Below are positions 55,540-64,000 of a DNA stretch of 64,000 bases, in pieces. A program made the position numbers and the translations under genes. The stretch comes from an uncultured Hyphomicrobium sp. (GTDB lineage Bacteria; Pseudomonadota; Alphaproteobacteria; Rhizobiales; Hyphomicrobiaceae): assembly GCA_964651805.1 (NCBI GenBank), contig CAZYXX010000002.1:281516-345515 (forward strand). The letters run 5' to 3'. A model generated the notes under the pieces. The model did no database searches, was not told the origin of the DNA, and saw only the letters and a list, made by a program, of their open reading frames with translations. Position 1 is the stretch's first letter, and the number at the start of each line of letters is the position of its first letter.

Positions 55540-56670
55540 ATGATCCTGACGCTCGCCCTCAGAAACCTTCTGCACGACCGCATCCGCCTTACGGTCACGC
55601 TGGTCGGCATCCTCTTTTCTATCGTTCTCGTCGCGGTGCAGCTCGGTCTGTATCTGGGCTCGAGCCGGATGATCACGGCCAATATTGGCAAGTCCGACGC
55701 CGACCTTTTTGTCACGACGTTCGGGGCGAAGAGCTTCGAGGACGGCGGCATCCTGCTCACCGATCGCGAGCGCCATCAAGCTCTTGCCACGCCCGGCGTT
55801 CAGTCCGTTGTGCCGATCGTCGTTGCGTTCGCAGAGTGGCGCAAGCCCGCCGGCGGTTCGACGCGCGTTGTCGTCGTAGGAAGTGACGCCGACGATCATG
55901 GCCTCATTCCCTGGTCCCTTGCCGAAGGCACTTTGGAGGACATCAAGGCTCCCGACGCCATCGCGGTCGACCGCAGCTATTTGGGCGAGCTTGGTATCAA
56001 CGGCATCGGCGACACCGCGCAGATCGCGACCGGACGAGTGAAGGTTCGGGCGCTGACGACCGGCATCCGCTCTTTCACCCAGTCGCCCTACGTCTACACG
56101 ACGCTCAATCGGGCGCGTCAGCTTCTGAATGTCGATGGTGACAGGTTGACATTCCTGCTCGTCAAACTCGCACCGGGCGCCGACAAGATGGCCGTCCAGG
56201 CTGATCTTCAGCAGCGGCTTGAGTCGGCTGACGTGCTGACCAAGGATGAGTTCGAAAGCCGCAGCCTCAAGCAGTGGCTGTTCCGCACCGGCGCGGGGCT
56301 AGCGCTCATCGGCGGCGCGATCCTGGGCAGTCTGGTTGGCACCGTCATCGTGGCGCAGACGCTCTATTCGAGCACCAAGGATCATATCCACGAGTTCGCC
56401 ACGTTGCGCGCGCTCGGCTCGTCCAAGGGCTACATTCACAAAGTCATTCTGGCGCAGGCGGGCTTAAGCGCCGTGATCGGCTACGCGCTCGGTATGACGA
56501 TCGCGCTTCTCATCCTCTACGCGAGCCGCAATTCGGCGTTGCCGCTTGTCATGACGCCCGGCCTTGCATTCTGGCTCTTTGCGCTGACGGTCGCCATGTG
56601 CGCGATCTCGGCGTTGTCGGCCATCGTCAAGGTCACGAAAATCGATCCTGCAACGGTGTTCGCGCGATGA
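55540..56670 (+). CDS. ABC exporter permease (MacB/FtsX/DevC type)
   Basis: LRNLLHDRIRL..TLVGILFSI; EFATLRALGS; four TM segments. Confidence 0.9.
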   Translation: MILTLALRNLLHDRIRLTVTLVGILFSIVLVAVQLGLYLGSSRMITANIGKSDADLFVTTFGAKSFEDGGILLTDRERHQALATPGVQSVVPIVVAFAEWRKPAGGSTRVVVVGSDADDHGLIPWSLAEGTLEDIKAPDAIAVDRSYLGELGINGIGDTAQIATGRVKVRALTTGIRSFTQSPYVYTTLNRARQLLNVDGDRLTFLLVKLAPGADKMAVQADLQQRLESADVLTKDEFESRSLKQWLFRTGAGLALIGGAILGSLVGTVIVAQTLYSSTKDHIHEFATLRALGSSKGYIHKVILAQAGLSAVIGYALGMTIALLILYASRNSALPLVMTPGLAFWLFALTVAMCAISALSAIVKVTKIDPATVFAR

Positions 56671-57419
56671 CCGACCAACCCGTCCTGCAAGCAGATAACA
56701 TCGTCAAGGAGCTTGGCTCCGGTGCTGGTCTTGTCGTGGCGCTGAAGGGCGTCTCGTTCGATCTTGTGCCGGGTGAGCTAACGCTCCTGATGGGGCCTTC
56801 GGGCTCCGGCAAGACGACGCTGCTTTCCATCCTCGGCTGCATCATGACGCCGACGTCCGGTCAGATCCGCATAGCGGGCGACGTCGTCAGCGGCCGCTCG
56901 GCCGAAGAACTCGCCAAGGTTCGGCGCGACCATATCGGCTTCATCTTCCAGTCCTACAATCTTTTTCCGACGCTGAACGCCATCGAAAACGTGCGCATCG
57001 CGCTCGACGTGCGCGGTATCCGCGGCTTCGCGGCGACAAGCCGGGCCGAGGAAGTGCTGCGTGATGTCGGCCTCGGGCATCGGCTCACAAACTACCCAGG
57101 CAACCTTTCGGGCGGTGAACAGCAGCGCGTCGCGGTTGCGCGCGCCATCGCGTCGTCGCCGTCCATCGTGCTCGCCGACGAGCCGACCGCGGCTCTCGAT
57201 AGCGAAAACGGACATGCGGTGATGGCGCTGCTCGCGCGCATCGCCAAGGAACAGGGGCGCAGCGTGCTCGCCGTCACGCACGACCCTCGCACGCTCGGCT
57301 ATGCCGACCGCGTCGTGCGGATCGAAGACGGCCGCATTGTCGGCGAGGAACGCCGACCCGAGGGCATCAACGCCCCGGAGATCACGGATTTGACCAAGAG
57401 GCGAAAATTGCATGCTTAA
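56667..57419 (+). CDS. ABC ATPase (LolD/MacB/DevA type)
   Basis: GPSGSGKTT, LSGGEQQRVAVARA, LADEPTAALD, VTHD; start ATG 56667. Confidence 0.95.
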   Translation: MTDQPVLQADNIVKELGSGAGLVVALKGVSFDLVPGELTLLMGPSGSGKTTLLSILGCIMTPTSGQIRIAGDVVSGRSAEELAKVRRDHIGFIFQSYNLFPTLNAIENVRIALDVRGIRGFAATSRAEEVLRDVGLGHRLTNYPGNLSGGEQQRVAVARAIASSPSIVLADEPTAALDSENGHAVMALLARIAKEQGRSVLAVTHDPRTLGYADRVVRIEDGRIVGEERRPEGINAPEITDLTKRRKLHA

Positions 57420-58521
57420 GAAACTTGATCCGGCGATCCCGACGATCGCCACCGCGGCCGTGCTCGCGGTCACAATCGGGATCACCTTGAATTCAATGGC
57501 TGGCAAGCTCGGCGCGACCTTCATGCAGCTTGCCGGACCGGCGAGCGCGCAGACGGCGACGACCATCGTGCCGACGGCGCAGTGGGCTGCTTCCGCAACG
57601 GGCAGAGTCGAGCCTAAGAGCGGTGAAATTCGCATCGCTAGCCAGGTGCCAGGCCGCATCGTCGAGGTTCTGGGCGCGGCCAACGACAGGGCAAAGGCGG
57701 GCGATTTGCTCGTCCGGCTTGATGACGACGAGATCTACGTCAAGATCGCCGCGGCGCTTTCTGAAGTCGGCGTTCGCGAGCGGGAGCGCGAAGAAGAGCC
57801 TGCGACTGGGCCGGCGCTTGAACGGCGCAAGGCCGAGGATGCGGTTGCGTCGGCGGAGCGGGCATTGTTTGCGGCGCATGAATCGTTCGACAATGCGCAG
57901 CGCGCTGTCGCGGCGGGCAAGGGCGACGTGAATGGCCTCGATGCGGAGCGTACCAAGGTCGCCGATGCTGACGCCGCTGTCACGAAAGCGCGTACGGACC
58001 TCGCAGCCGTCAACGCCAAACCCAACATGCCGCTGCCTCAGCGGCTCGAATCATCGCTTGCGATGGCGCGCGCCGAACTGACGGCCGCCGAGATCGCACT
58101 CGAGCGTACGCGCGTTCGCGCGCCCATCGATGGAACCGTGCTCAACATGCTGGCGAAGGTTGGAGAGACGGCCGTACCCTCGCCGGAGAGCGCACTTGTC
58201 GAGTTTGGCGATCTGACGGGCCTTAAGCTGCGCGCCGAGGTCGAAGAGCGTGACGCGGCAAAGGTGCGCGTCGGCCAACGCGTCGTCGTCAAGGCAGATG
58301 CGTTCCCCGACAAGGAGTTCGAAGGAACGGTAACGTCAATTGCGCCGTCGCTCGGTTCGCCGCGCATCGCGACGCGCGGCCCGCGCCGTCCCAACGACGT
58401 CGAGGTCGTCGAGGTCATGGTCGATCTTGATGGCAACCCGCCGCTCTTCATCGGCATGCGCGTCGACACGTTCTTCAAGCTCGACAACGCGGCGTCGGTT
58501 TCGCAGACGAAGACGAACTAG
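57412..58521 (+). CDS. HlyD-family membrane fusion protein
   Basis: ASATGRVEP, hairpin coiled coil, RAPIDGTVL. Confidence 0.9.
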   Translation: MLKKLDPAIPTIATAAVLAVTIGITLNSMAGKLGATFMQLAGPASAQTATTIVPTAQWAASATGRVEPKSGEIRIASQVPGRIVEVLGAANDRAKAGDLLVRLDDDEIYVKIAAALSEVGVREREREEEPATGPALERRKAEDAVASAERALFAAHESFDNAQRAVAAGKGDVNGLDAERTKVADADAAVTKARTDLAAVNAKPNMPLPQRLESSLAMARAELTAAEIALERTRVRAPIDGTVLNMLAKVGETAVPSPESALVEFGDLTGLKLRAEVEERDAAKVRVGQRVVVKADAFPDKEFEGTVTSIAPSLGSPRIATRGPRRPNDVEVVEVMVDLDGNPPLFIGMRVDTFFKLDNAASVSQTKTN

Positions 58522-58542
58522 GCCGGTTTAGCTCGCTCAATC

Positions 58543-58574
58543 AAAAAGGCGCCCGAGAACCTAGGGCGCCTTTT
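58543..58574. terminator. Bidirectional intrinsic terminator
   Basis: AAAAAGGCGCCC...GGGCGCCTTTT between convergent genes. Confidence 0.88.
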
Positions 58575-58593
58575 GCGTGTCTCGTTCGGCGCC

Positions 58594-59694
58594 TTAGGCG
58601 GAAGCGCGTGTCACCGCGTCGATATTGGCGGCGAGTTTGGGGTCGATGCCAAGCGCATTGGCAAGGCGCGCGAGGAACTGCTGCTCGGCGGGCGAGTCGA
58701 GCGCGATCGCGATGCGCGCGGCCGTGTAGAGCTGGATCGCTTCCTCGGGTGAGTTGACGAGAGTTGCGAGCGATTCCGGCGTCTTGGGGTTGTTCAGCTC
58801 GTTCGCCAGAAATTCTTCCGCTTCCGAGTCGAGGCCGGCCTGTTTCAGGCTGCCGATGATCTTTGCCTGTTCGCTATCGTCAACGCGGCCATCCGCGGCG
58901 GCGGCGGCGATCATCGACTGGATGTAGTGGGTTGCGGCCTCGTTCGTGACGGCAGAAGGTTCAAATCCCGATCCTTGTGGTGCGGCTTCGGCCTCGCCCA
59001 GCCCGGTGATGAGCGGTTTGCCGGTCTGATAGTTCTGGAAGGCCTTGTAGGCGAGGCCGCCGATCAGCGCGAGGGCACCGATGCGGGCCGCCGTTCCGGC
59101 AGCTGCGCGGCCTGTGCGCGTCCCAAGAATGAGACCGCCAAGGCCACCGGCGGCCGTGCCGGCGGCGAGCGGGTTCTGCTGGATGAGTTCCTTAAGCCGG
59201 GCAAGAAGCTCTTCCGGCGTCTGACCGCCCGTTGCCTTGCCGATGGCGTCGCGCGCGGCTGTCGTGGCGCCCGTTGCCTCGCCAATGCGGCTTGCGCCTT
59301 CCTTGGCGCCGGTCGTCGCCTGGGTCAGGACCTTGCCCAGAATGTCGGCGATGCCGCCGCCGGAGATATTTCCGCTCGATTGATTGAGCTGATCCTTTAT
59401 TTGTCCAAGGATGTCGCCGATGCCGCCCGACGAGCCGCTGCTTGGCGCTTCGTTTGTGGCTTGGCGCGGAGGCTGTGCCTGTCCGAGCTGGCGCTGCAGC
59501 TCGCCCAGAATATCACCCCAGCCACCGCCGCTGTCGGTACCGCCATTGCCCTGGCGCGGCATACCCTGCTGGTTACCGAGTTGGCGGCCAATTTCGCCCA
59601 GAATATCGCTGAGCCCACCGCCGCCCTGGGGCTGCTGACCGGCGGGCGCGGCGCCCCGCACGATGCCTTCAAGAATGGATTTGGCGTCGAACAT
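58594..59694 (-). CDS. DUF533 (TerB-like) protein with repetitive Gly/Gln-rich N-terminus
   Basis: GALALIGGLAYKAFQNYQ; SMIAAAAADGRVDDSE; QLYTAARIAI..FLARLANALGI. Confidence 0.85.
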   Translation of the reverse strand: MFDAKSILEGIVRGAAPAGQQPQGGGGLSDILGEIGRQLGNQQGMPRQGNGGTDSGGGWGDILGELQRQLGQAQPPRQATNEAPSSGSSGGIGDILGQIKDQLNQSSGNISGGGIADILGKVLTQATTGAKEGASRIGEATGATTAARDAIGKATGGQTPEELLARLKELIQQNPLAAGTAAGGLGGLILGTRTGRAAAGTAARIGALALIGGLAYKAFQNYQTGKPLITGLGEAEAAPQGSGFEPSAVTNEAATHYIQSMIAAAAADGRVDDSEQAKIIGSLKQAGLDSEAEEFLANELNNPKTPESLATLVNSPEEAIQLYTAARIAIALDSPAEQQFLARLANALGIDPKLAANIDAVTRASA

Positions 59695-59783
59695 GGCAAC
59701 TTCCTTCCGGGATGCAAAGCGGCTACCGGCCGGAACGTAGGAAGGCGGACACGGAGCGACAATGGCAGACCAGGATATTTTTG

Positions 59784-62700
59784 CTATTCCGCGGCGAGGG
59801 GAAGTCTGCGTTTATCGACCGTCTCGCGATTGTCACGATGGGCGCTAGATCCCGCTGATTTGTCACCTTCTGGCTCGTCGACCGGCCCAATAAACCGGCC
59901 GAAAATGCGCTGCAACACGTTTCCGACGTCGTCCATTACCGTGAAGAAGGACGGCACGAAAACGAGCGATAATGCCGTCGAGACGATCAAACCACCGATC
60001 ACCGCAATTGCCATGGGCGAGCGGAACTCGCCGCCTTCTCCGAATGCCAAAGCGCTCGGCAGCATGCCGGCGGCCATGGCGAGCGTGGTCATGATGATGG
60101 GCCGCGCACGTTTGCGCCCCGCGTCGATGATCGCCTCATAGCGGTCGACGCCCTTCGCCACTTCCTCAATCGCGAAATCGACGAGCATGATGGCGTTCTT
60201 TGTCACGATGCCCATCAACATCAGCAGGCCGATGTAGACGGGCATGCTGATCGGATTGTTGGTTGCGAGCAGGCTCAGGACGACGCCACCGAACGACAAT
60301 GGCAGCGACAGCAGGATTGTGATCGGCTGCATCACGCTGCCGAACAGCAGAACCAGCACGCCGAAGACGATCATCAACCCGGTGCCCATCGCGGTGATGA
60401 AGCCGTTGGCCACTTCGTCCTGGATCTCGGCGTCACCGGATGGCTGCAATCGAACACTCTTTGGCAGATCGGACCCTTCGACGACGGCGAGGTATTTCTC
60501 GCGCGCGGTGCTCAAGGCCATTCCGCGATCAAGATCGACGCCGAGGACGGCGCGGCGCTCGCGATCATAGCGTTCGATCGAAGCCGGGCCGCGGCCGAAG
60601 TCGACTGAGGCGACGGCGGTGAGTGGAATGGCTTGGCCGGAGCTGTTGGTGATGCGAAGCTGCTCGATGCGGCGCAGATCGGTGCGCGTGTTCTCTTCCA
60701 GCATCACGCGGATCGGGATCTGGCGGTCGCCGATTGTGAACTTCGCGAGATTGAAATCGGCATCGCCGATGGTCGCGACGCGCACGGCCTCGGCGATCTG
60801 CTCAGGCGAGACGCCAAGGCGTGCCGCCTCGTCGAGCTTCGGGACGACGCGGATTTCGGGGCGATCGGTTGAACCGGTCGCCGCCACGTTATGGAAGCCC
60901 TGCACCTGACGCATGGCGCCTTCGAGCTTGCCGATCGCGGCATTGAGATCGTCGCCGTTGGGCGAGAGCATTGAGAAGGCGAGTTCGCGTTCGCCGCGTT
61001 CGTTTACGAACCAGACGCGGCTGTCGCTCGTGTTGGCGAGCTTGGTTGAAATGATGCCCTTCAGCTGCTTCTGCGAGAGCTTGCGCTCAGACTTCGGTAC
61101 AAGCTGGATAAAGAGCGCGGCGCGGCGCACCTCGAGCTGGCCCGTAGGGCTCGTGCCGCCCAATACGAATACTTGACGGATTTCGGGAATGGTGCGGAGC
61201 TGCTTGACCATCCCGTCAGTCTTGTCGCTCGTTGTTTCGAGACGCGTGCCTGGTGGAAGTTCGACCGAGGCAACGACGCGCGACGTATCTTCATCCGGAA
61301 TGAAGCCGGTTGGCAGGAGCGAGGTGGCGTAGAGCGATGCGGAAAACAGAATTACGCCTGTCAGCAGCGTCAGGTAGTGGTGGCGCAGCGTCATGGCGAG
61401 GAAGCGCGTATAGGCGCGCATCAAGACGCCGTCGCCGTGCGGTTTCTCGGGTACCGGGCGCATCAGGTAGGCGGCCATCATTGGCGTAATGAGGCGCGCG
61501 ACCAGCAACGATATGAACACGGCGATGGCGACCGTCAGACCGAACTGCTTGAAGTACTGCCCGGCAATGCCGCCCATGAAAGAGACCGGCGCGAAGATGG
61601 CGATGATCGTCATCGTGATGGCGATGACGGCAAGACCGATCTCGTCCGCCGCTTCGAGCGCGGCACGATAGGGCGACTTGCCCATGTGCATATGGCGAAC
61701 GATGTTCTCGATCTCGACGATGGCGTCGTCGACGAGAATGCCGGTGACAAGCGTGATGCCGAGGAGGCTCACGAGATTGAGCGAGAAGCCGAGGGCCGAT
61801 ATCGCCCAGAAGGTCGGGATGGCGGCCAGCGGCAATGCTATCGCAGAAATCAGCGTCGCGCGCCAATTGCGCAAGAAAACTAGAACGACGAGTACGGCGA
61901 GCACCGCGCCCTCGATCAAAGCTTCCATGGCGGCTTCGTAGTTGCCGCGCGTGTAGGCGACTGCATCGTCGATCTTCGATAGCTTGACGTCTGGATAGGC
62001 CTTCCTAAGCTCGTTGAGCGTCGTGTCGACGGCGTCGGAGACGGACAGCTCGCTCTCGCCCTTGGAGCGGAATATCGCGAAGGAAACAACGGGTTCGCCG
62101 TTCAGCCGTCCGAACGAGCGCTGTTCGTCGGAGCCGTCGATGATGCTGCCGAGATCCTTAAGTCGCACCTCGCGGTTGCCGCTCAGGATGATTTTGGCGT
62201 CGGCAAGCGCGTCGACTGTGCGCGCGCCGGCGAGCGTTCGAATTGCTTGTTCCTGGCCGCCGACCTCGCCGCGGCCGGAGCCCAGATCGACGTTGGTTGC
62301 ACGCACCTGACGGTTCACTTCGGCGGCGGTGATGCCATAGGCCAGCAACTTGTCGGGATCGAGGTTGACGCGGATTTCGCGATCGACGCCGCCGTAGCGT
62401 TCGACCCGGCCGACTCCCTTGGTCGCCTGAAGCTTGCGCTTGACGATATCGTCGACATGCCATGACAGCTGTTCCAGCGTCATCCCCGGCGAGGATGCGC
62501 CGAACGTCAATATCGCCTGGCCCTCAACGTCGATGCGCTCGACGACAGGCTCGTCGATGGTACGGGGCAGTTCGGCCCGCTTCTTGGCAATAGCGTCCTT
62601 GACGTCATTCAGCGCACGATCGATGTCGCTACCGAGCCGGAACTCCAGAACAGTCGTCGACTGGCCATCGGTGAGCGTCGACTGGATGTGCTTGACGCCG

Positions 62701-62930
62701 GTAATGTTGGCGACAGCGTCCTCTACGATCTTGGTCACTTGCGTTTCAAGCTCGGCCGGAGAACTGCCCGACTGAGTGATGACGGCCGAGATGATCGGCA
62801 CATCGATGTTGGGGAAGCGAGTGACCGGCAACCGCATGAAGCTCACGACGCCGAGCAGCAGAAGCACCGCAAACAAAACGATCGCGGGAACCGGGCGCCT
62901 GATCGACCATGCCGAGACGTTGATGCGCAT
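59784..62930 (-). CDS. RND efflux permease (AcrB/AcrD/AcrF family)
   Basis: GILVDDAIVEIENI; GIVTKNAIMLVDFA; RARPIIMTTLAM. Confidence 0.96.
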   Translation of the reverse strand: MRINVSAWSIRRPVPAIVLFAVLLLLGVVSFMRLPVTRFPNIDVPIISAVITQSGSSPAELETQVTKIVEDAVANITGVKHIQSTLTDGQSTTVLEFRLGSDIDRALNDVKDAIAKKRAELPRTIDEPVVERIDVEGQAILTFGASSPGMTLEQLSWHVDDIVKRKLQATKGVGRVERYGGVDREIRVNLDPDKLLAYGITAAEVNRQVRATNVDLGSGRGEVGGQEQAIRTLAGARTVDALADAKIILSGNREVRLKDLGSIIDGSDEQRSFGRLNGEPVVSFAIFRSKGESELSVSDAVDTTLNELRKAYPDVKLSKIDDAVAYTRGNYEAAMEALIEGAVLAVLVVLVFLRNWRATLISAIALPLAAIPTFWAISALGFSLNLVSLLGITLVTGILVDDAIVEIENIVRHMHMGKSPYRAALEAADEIGLAVIAITMTIIAIFAPVSFMGGIAGQYFKQFGLTVAIAVFISLLVARLITPMMAAYLMRPVPEKPHGDGVLMRAYTRFLAMTLRHHYLTLLTGVILFSASLYATSLLPTGFIPDEDTSRVVASVELPPGTRLETTSDKTDGMVKQLRTIPEIRQVFVLGGTSPTGQLEVRRAALFIQLVPKSERKLSQKQLKGIISTKLANTSDSRVWFVNERGERELAFSMLSPNGDDLNAAIGKLEGAMRQVQGFHNVAATGSTDRPEIRVVPKLDEAARLGVSPEQIAEAVRVATIGDADFNLAKFTIGDRQIPIRVMLEENTRTDLRRIEQLRITNSSGQAIPLTAVASVDFGRGPASIERYDRERRAVLGVDLDRGMALSTAREKYLAVVEGSDLPKSVRLQPSGDAEIQDEVANGFITAMGTGLMIVFGVLVLLFGSVMQPITILLSLPLSFGGVVLSLLATNNPISMPVYIGLLMLMGIVTKNAIMLVDFAIEEVAKGVDRYEAIIDAGRKRARPIIMTTLAMAAGMLPSALAFGEGGEFRSPMAIAVIGGLIVSTALSLVFVPSFFTVMDDVGNVLQRIFGRFIGPVDEPEGDKSAGSSAHRDNRETVDKRRLPLAAE

Positions 62931-64000
62931 TACTTCGCCTCGCTCAGCGCCGTGTTCGGCTTGACGGCTTGAATCTTGTCGCCGTCGCGAAGGAAAGTGC
63001 CTGCGCGCGTGACCACGAAGTCACCTTCCTGAAGACCCTGCTTGACCTCCACCAGATCGCCCATGGTGAGGCCGGTCTTCAGTACGCGGTGGCGAACCGT
63101 GTCGCCATCGAGCACGAGCACGTACGGTGCGCCTGCTTCGAATGTCACGGCGGTAGACGGCACGGCGAGGCCGCGGCTCTTTGCAGTCTCGATCTCGCCG
63201 CGTGCAAAGGCGCCGATACGCAGAGAGGGGTTAGCGCCCAGGAAAATCCTCACGCGCCCGAGCCGGGTTGCCTTGTCGATTTCGGGCGAGACTAGGCGAA
63301 CTGTACCGACGGCATTCGTGGCGCCTGGTACGAAGACCTTGGCCCGTTGGCCGATCCTGACGTTCGCCATCTCGGTTTCCACGACTTCGGCGTCGAGTTC
63401 GATTTCGCCTTTTGCGACGATGCGGAACATCGGTTCGGCGACGTTGTTTGCCATCGCGCCGATGCGGGCCATGCGCCGACTGATGATGCCGTCCTCGGGC
63501 GCCTTCACGTCCGTATTGCTGCGGCGCCAGTTGAGTTCGCGGCGCTGGGCCTCGACCTGGGCCTTTTCGGCTTCGGCCGCCTTCAGGCCGTCGCGGGCGG
63601 CAATCACGGCCGCCTCCGCAGTGTGTGCGGCGCTTTCGCGCTGATCGTACGTCGAGCCGGAAAGGTAACCCGATTTCTTCAACGGCTCGGCGCGTTCGAG
63701 CTGGTTGCGCGCCTCCTTGGCTTGTGCCTCGGCTTGCGCGATCTGGCTGCCGGCCTGCGCGATTGCTGCGTCGGCGCGCGCCAGGTTTGCAGCGTTTTGG
63801 GCGAGCTGAGCATCAAGCTGCTCGGCGACAAGACGAGCCATCACTTGGCCTTTCTTGACCTTGTCGCCTTCCTCGACGAGCAGATCCAGCACGCGCAGGC
63901 CCTCGATCTCGGGGGAGACGAGGATTTCCTCACGCGGGACAAGGGAACCCGAAACGACCGCAGTCTGCACGAAATCCGCGGTGGCGACCTTGCTCACCGT
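62930..64000 (-). CDS. RND membrane fusion protein (5' truncated by window edge)
   Basis: VSGSLVPREEILVSPEIEG, VKAPEDGII, VPSTAV; coupled to the RND permease. Confidence 0.92.
   Translation of the reverse strand, partial: TVSKVATADFVQTAVVSGSLVPREEILVSPEIEGLRVLDLLVEEGDKVKKGQVMARLVAEQLDAQLAQNAANLARADAAIAQAGSQIAQAEAQAKEARNQLERAEPLKKSGYLSGSTYDQRESAAHTAEAAVIAARDGLKAAEAEKAQVEAQRRELNWRRSNTDVKAPEDGIISRRMARIGAMANNVAEPMFRIVAKGEIELDAEVVETEMANVRIGQRAKVFVPGATNAVGTVRLVSPEIDKATRLGRVRIFLGANPSLRIGAFARGEIETAKSRGLAVPSTAVTFEAGAPYVLVLDGDTVRHRVLKTGLTMGDLVEVKQGLQEGDFVVTRAGTFLRDGDKIQAVKPNTALSEAK

Overview
GC-rich alphaproteobacterial chromosome segment (Hyphomicrobiales/Rhizobiales type, inferred from gene content and order). 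(1) 1-24.9 kb: a Brucella/Mesorhizobium/Sinorhizobium-style flagellar cluster (flgA-flgI-motE-flgH-fliL-fliP, one flagellin, fliF-motB-motC-fliK, rem/ftcR-like regulator, flgEKL-flaF-flbT-flgD-fliQ-flhA-fliR, rod-binding-only flgJ, flgN-like). The usual lytic transglycosylase slot between fliK and rem instead holds four unrelated small genes, and a phage-type GH24 lysozyme sits at the cluster end. (2) 25.8-31.9 kb: a CNNM/CorC transporter and gcvTHP under a tandem glycine riboswitch. (3) 32-48 kb: a dense general stress response (GSR) island (nepR-ecfG-phyR, two HWE kinases, a CHASE3 hybrid kinase, a FATGUY-type receiver, Crp/Fnr, csbD, DUF1328, DUF883-like). I read ten exact EcfG promoters (GGAAC-N16/17-CGTT) by eye in this island. 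These promoters, plus one near-consensus site, point to unannotated elements: a second stand-alone NepR-like anti-sigma gene, a 28-aa membrane peptide, and a candidate sRNA with a C-rich anti-Shine-Dalgarno loop (GsrN-like architecture). A 44-aa lipoprotein lies in the same intergenic stretch. (4) 48-64 kb: tRNA-fMet, a PabB-PabC fusion, an esterase, DUF2147, a MacAB/DevBCA-type ABC exporter, DUF533 and an RND pump. No CRISPR, IS element or prophage was seen. All family calls come from motif recognition by eye; no database search was run.
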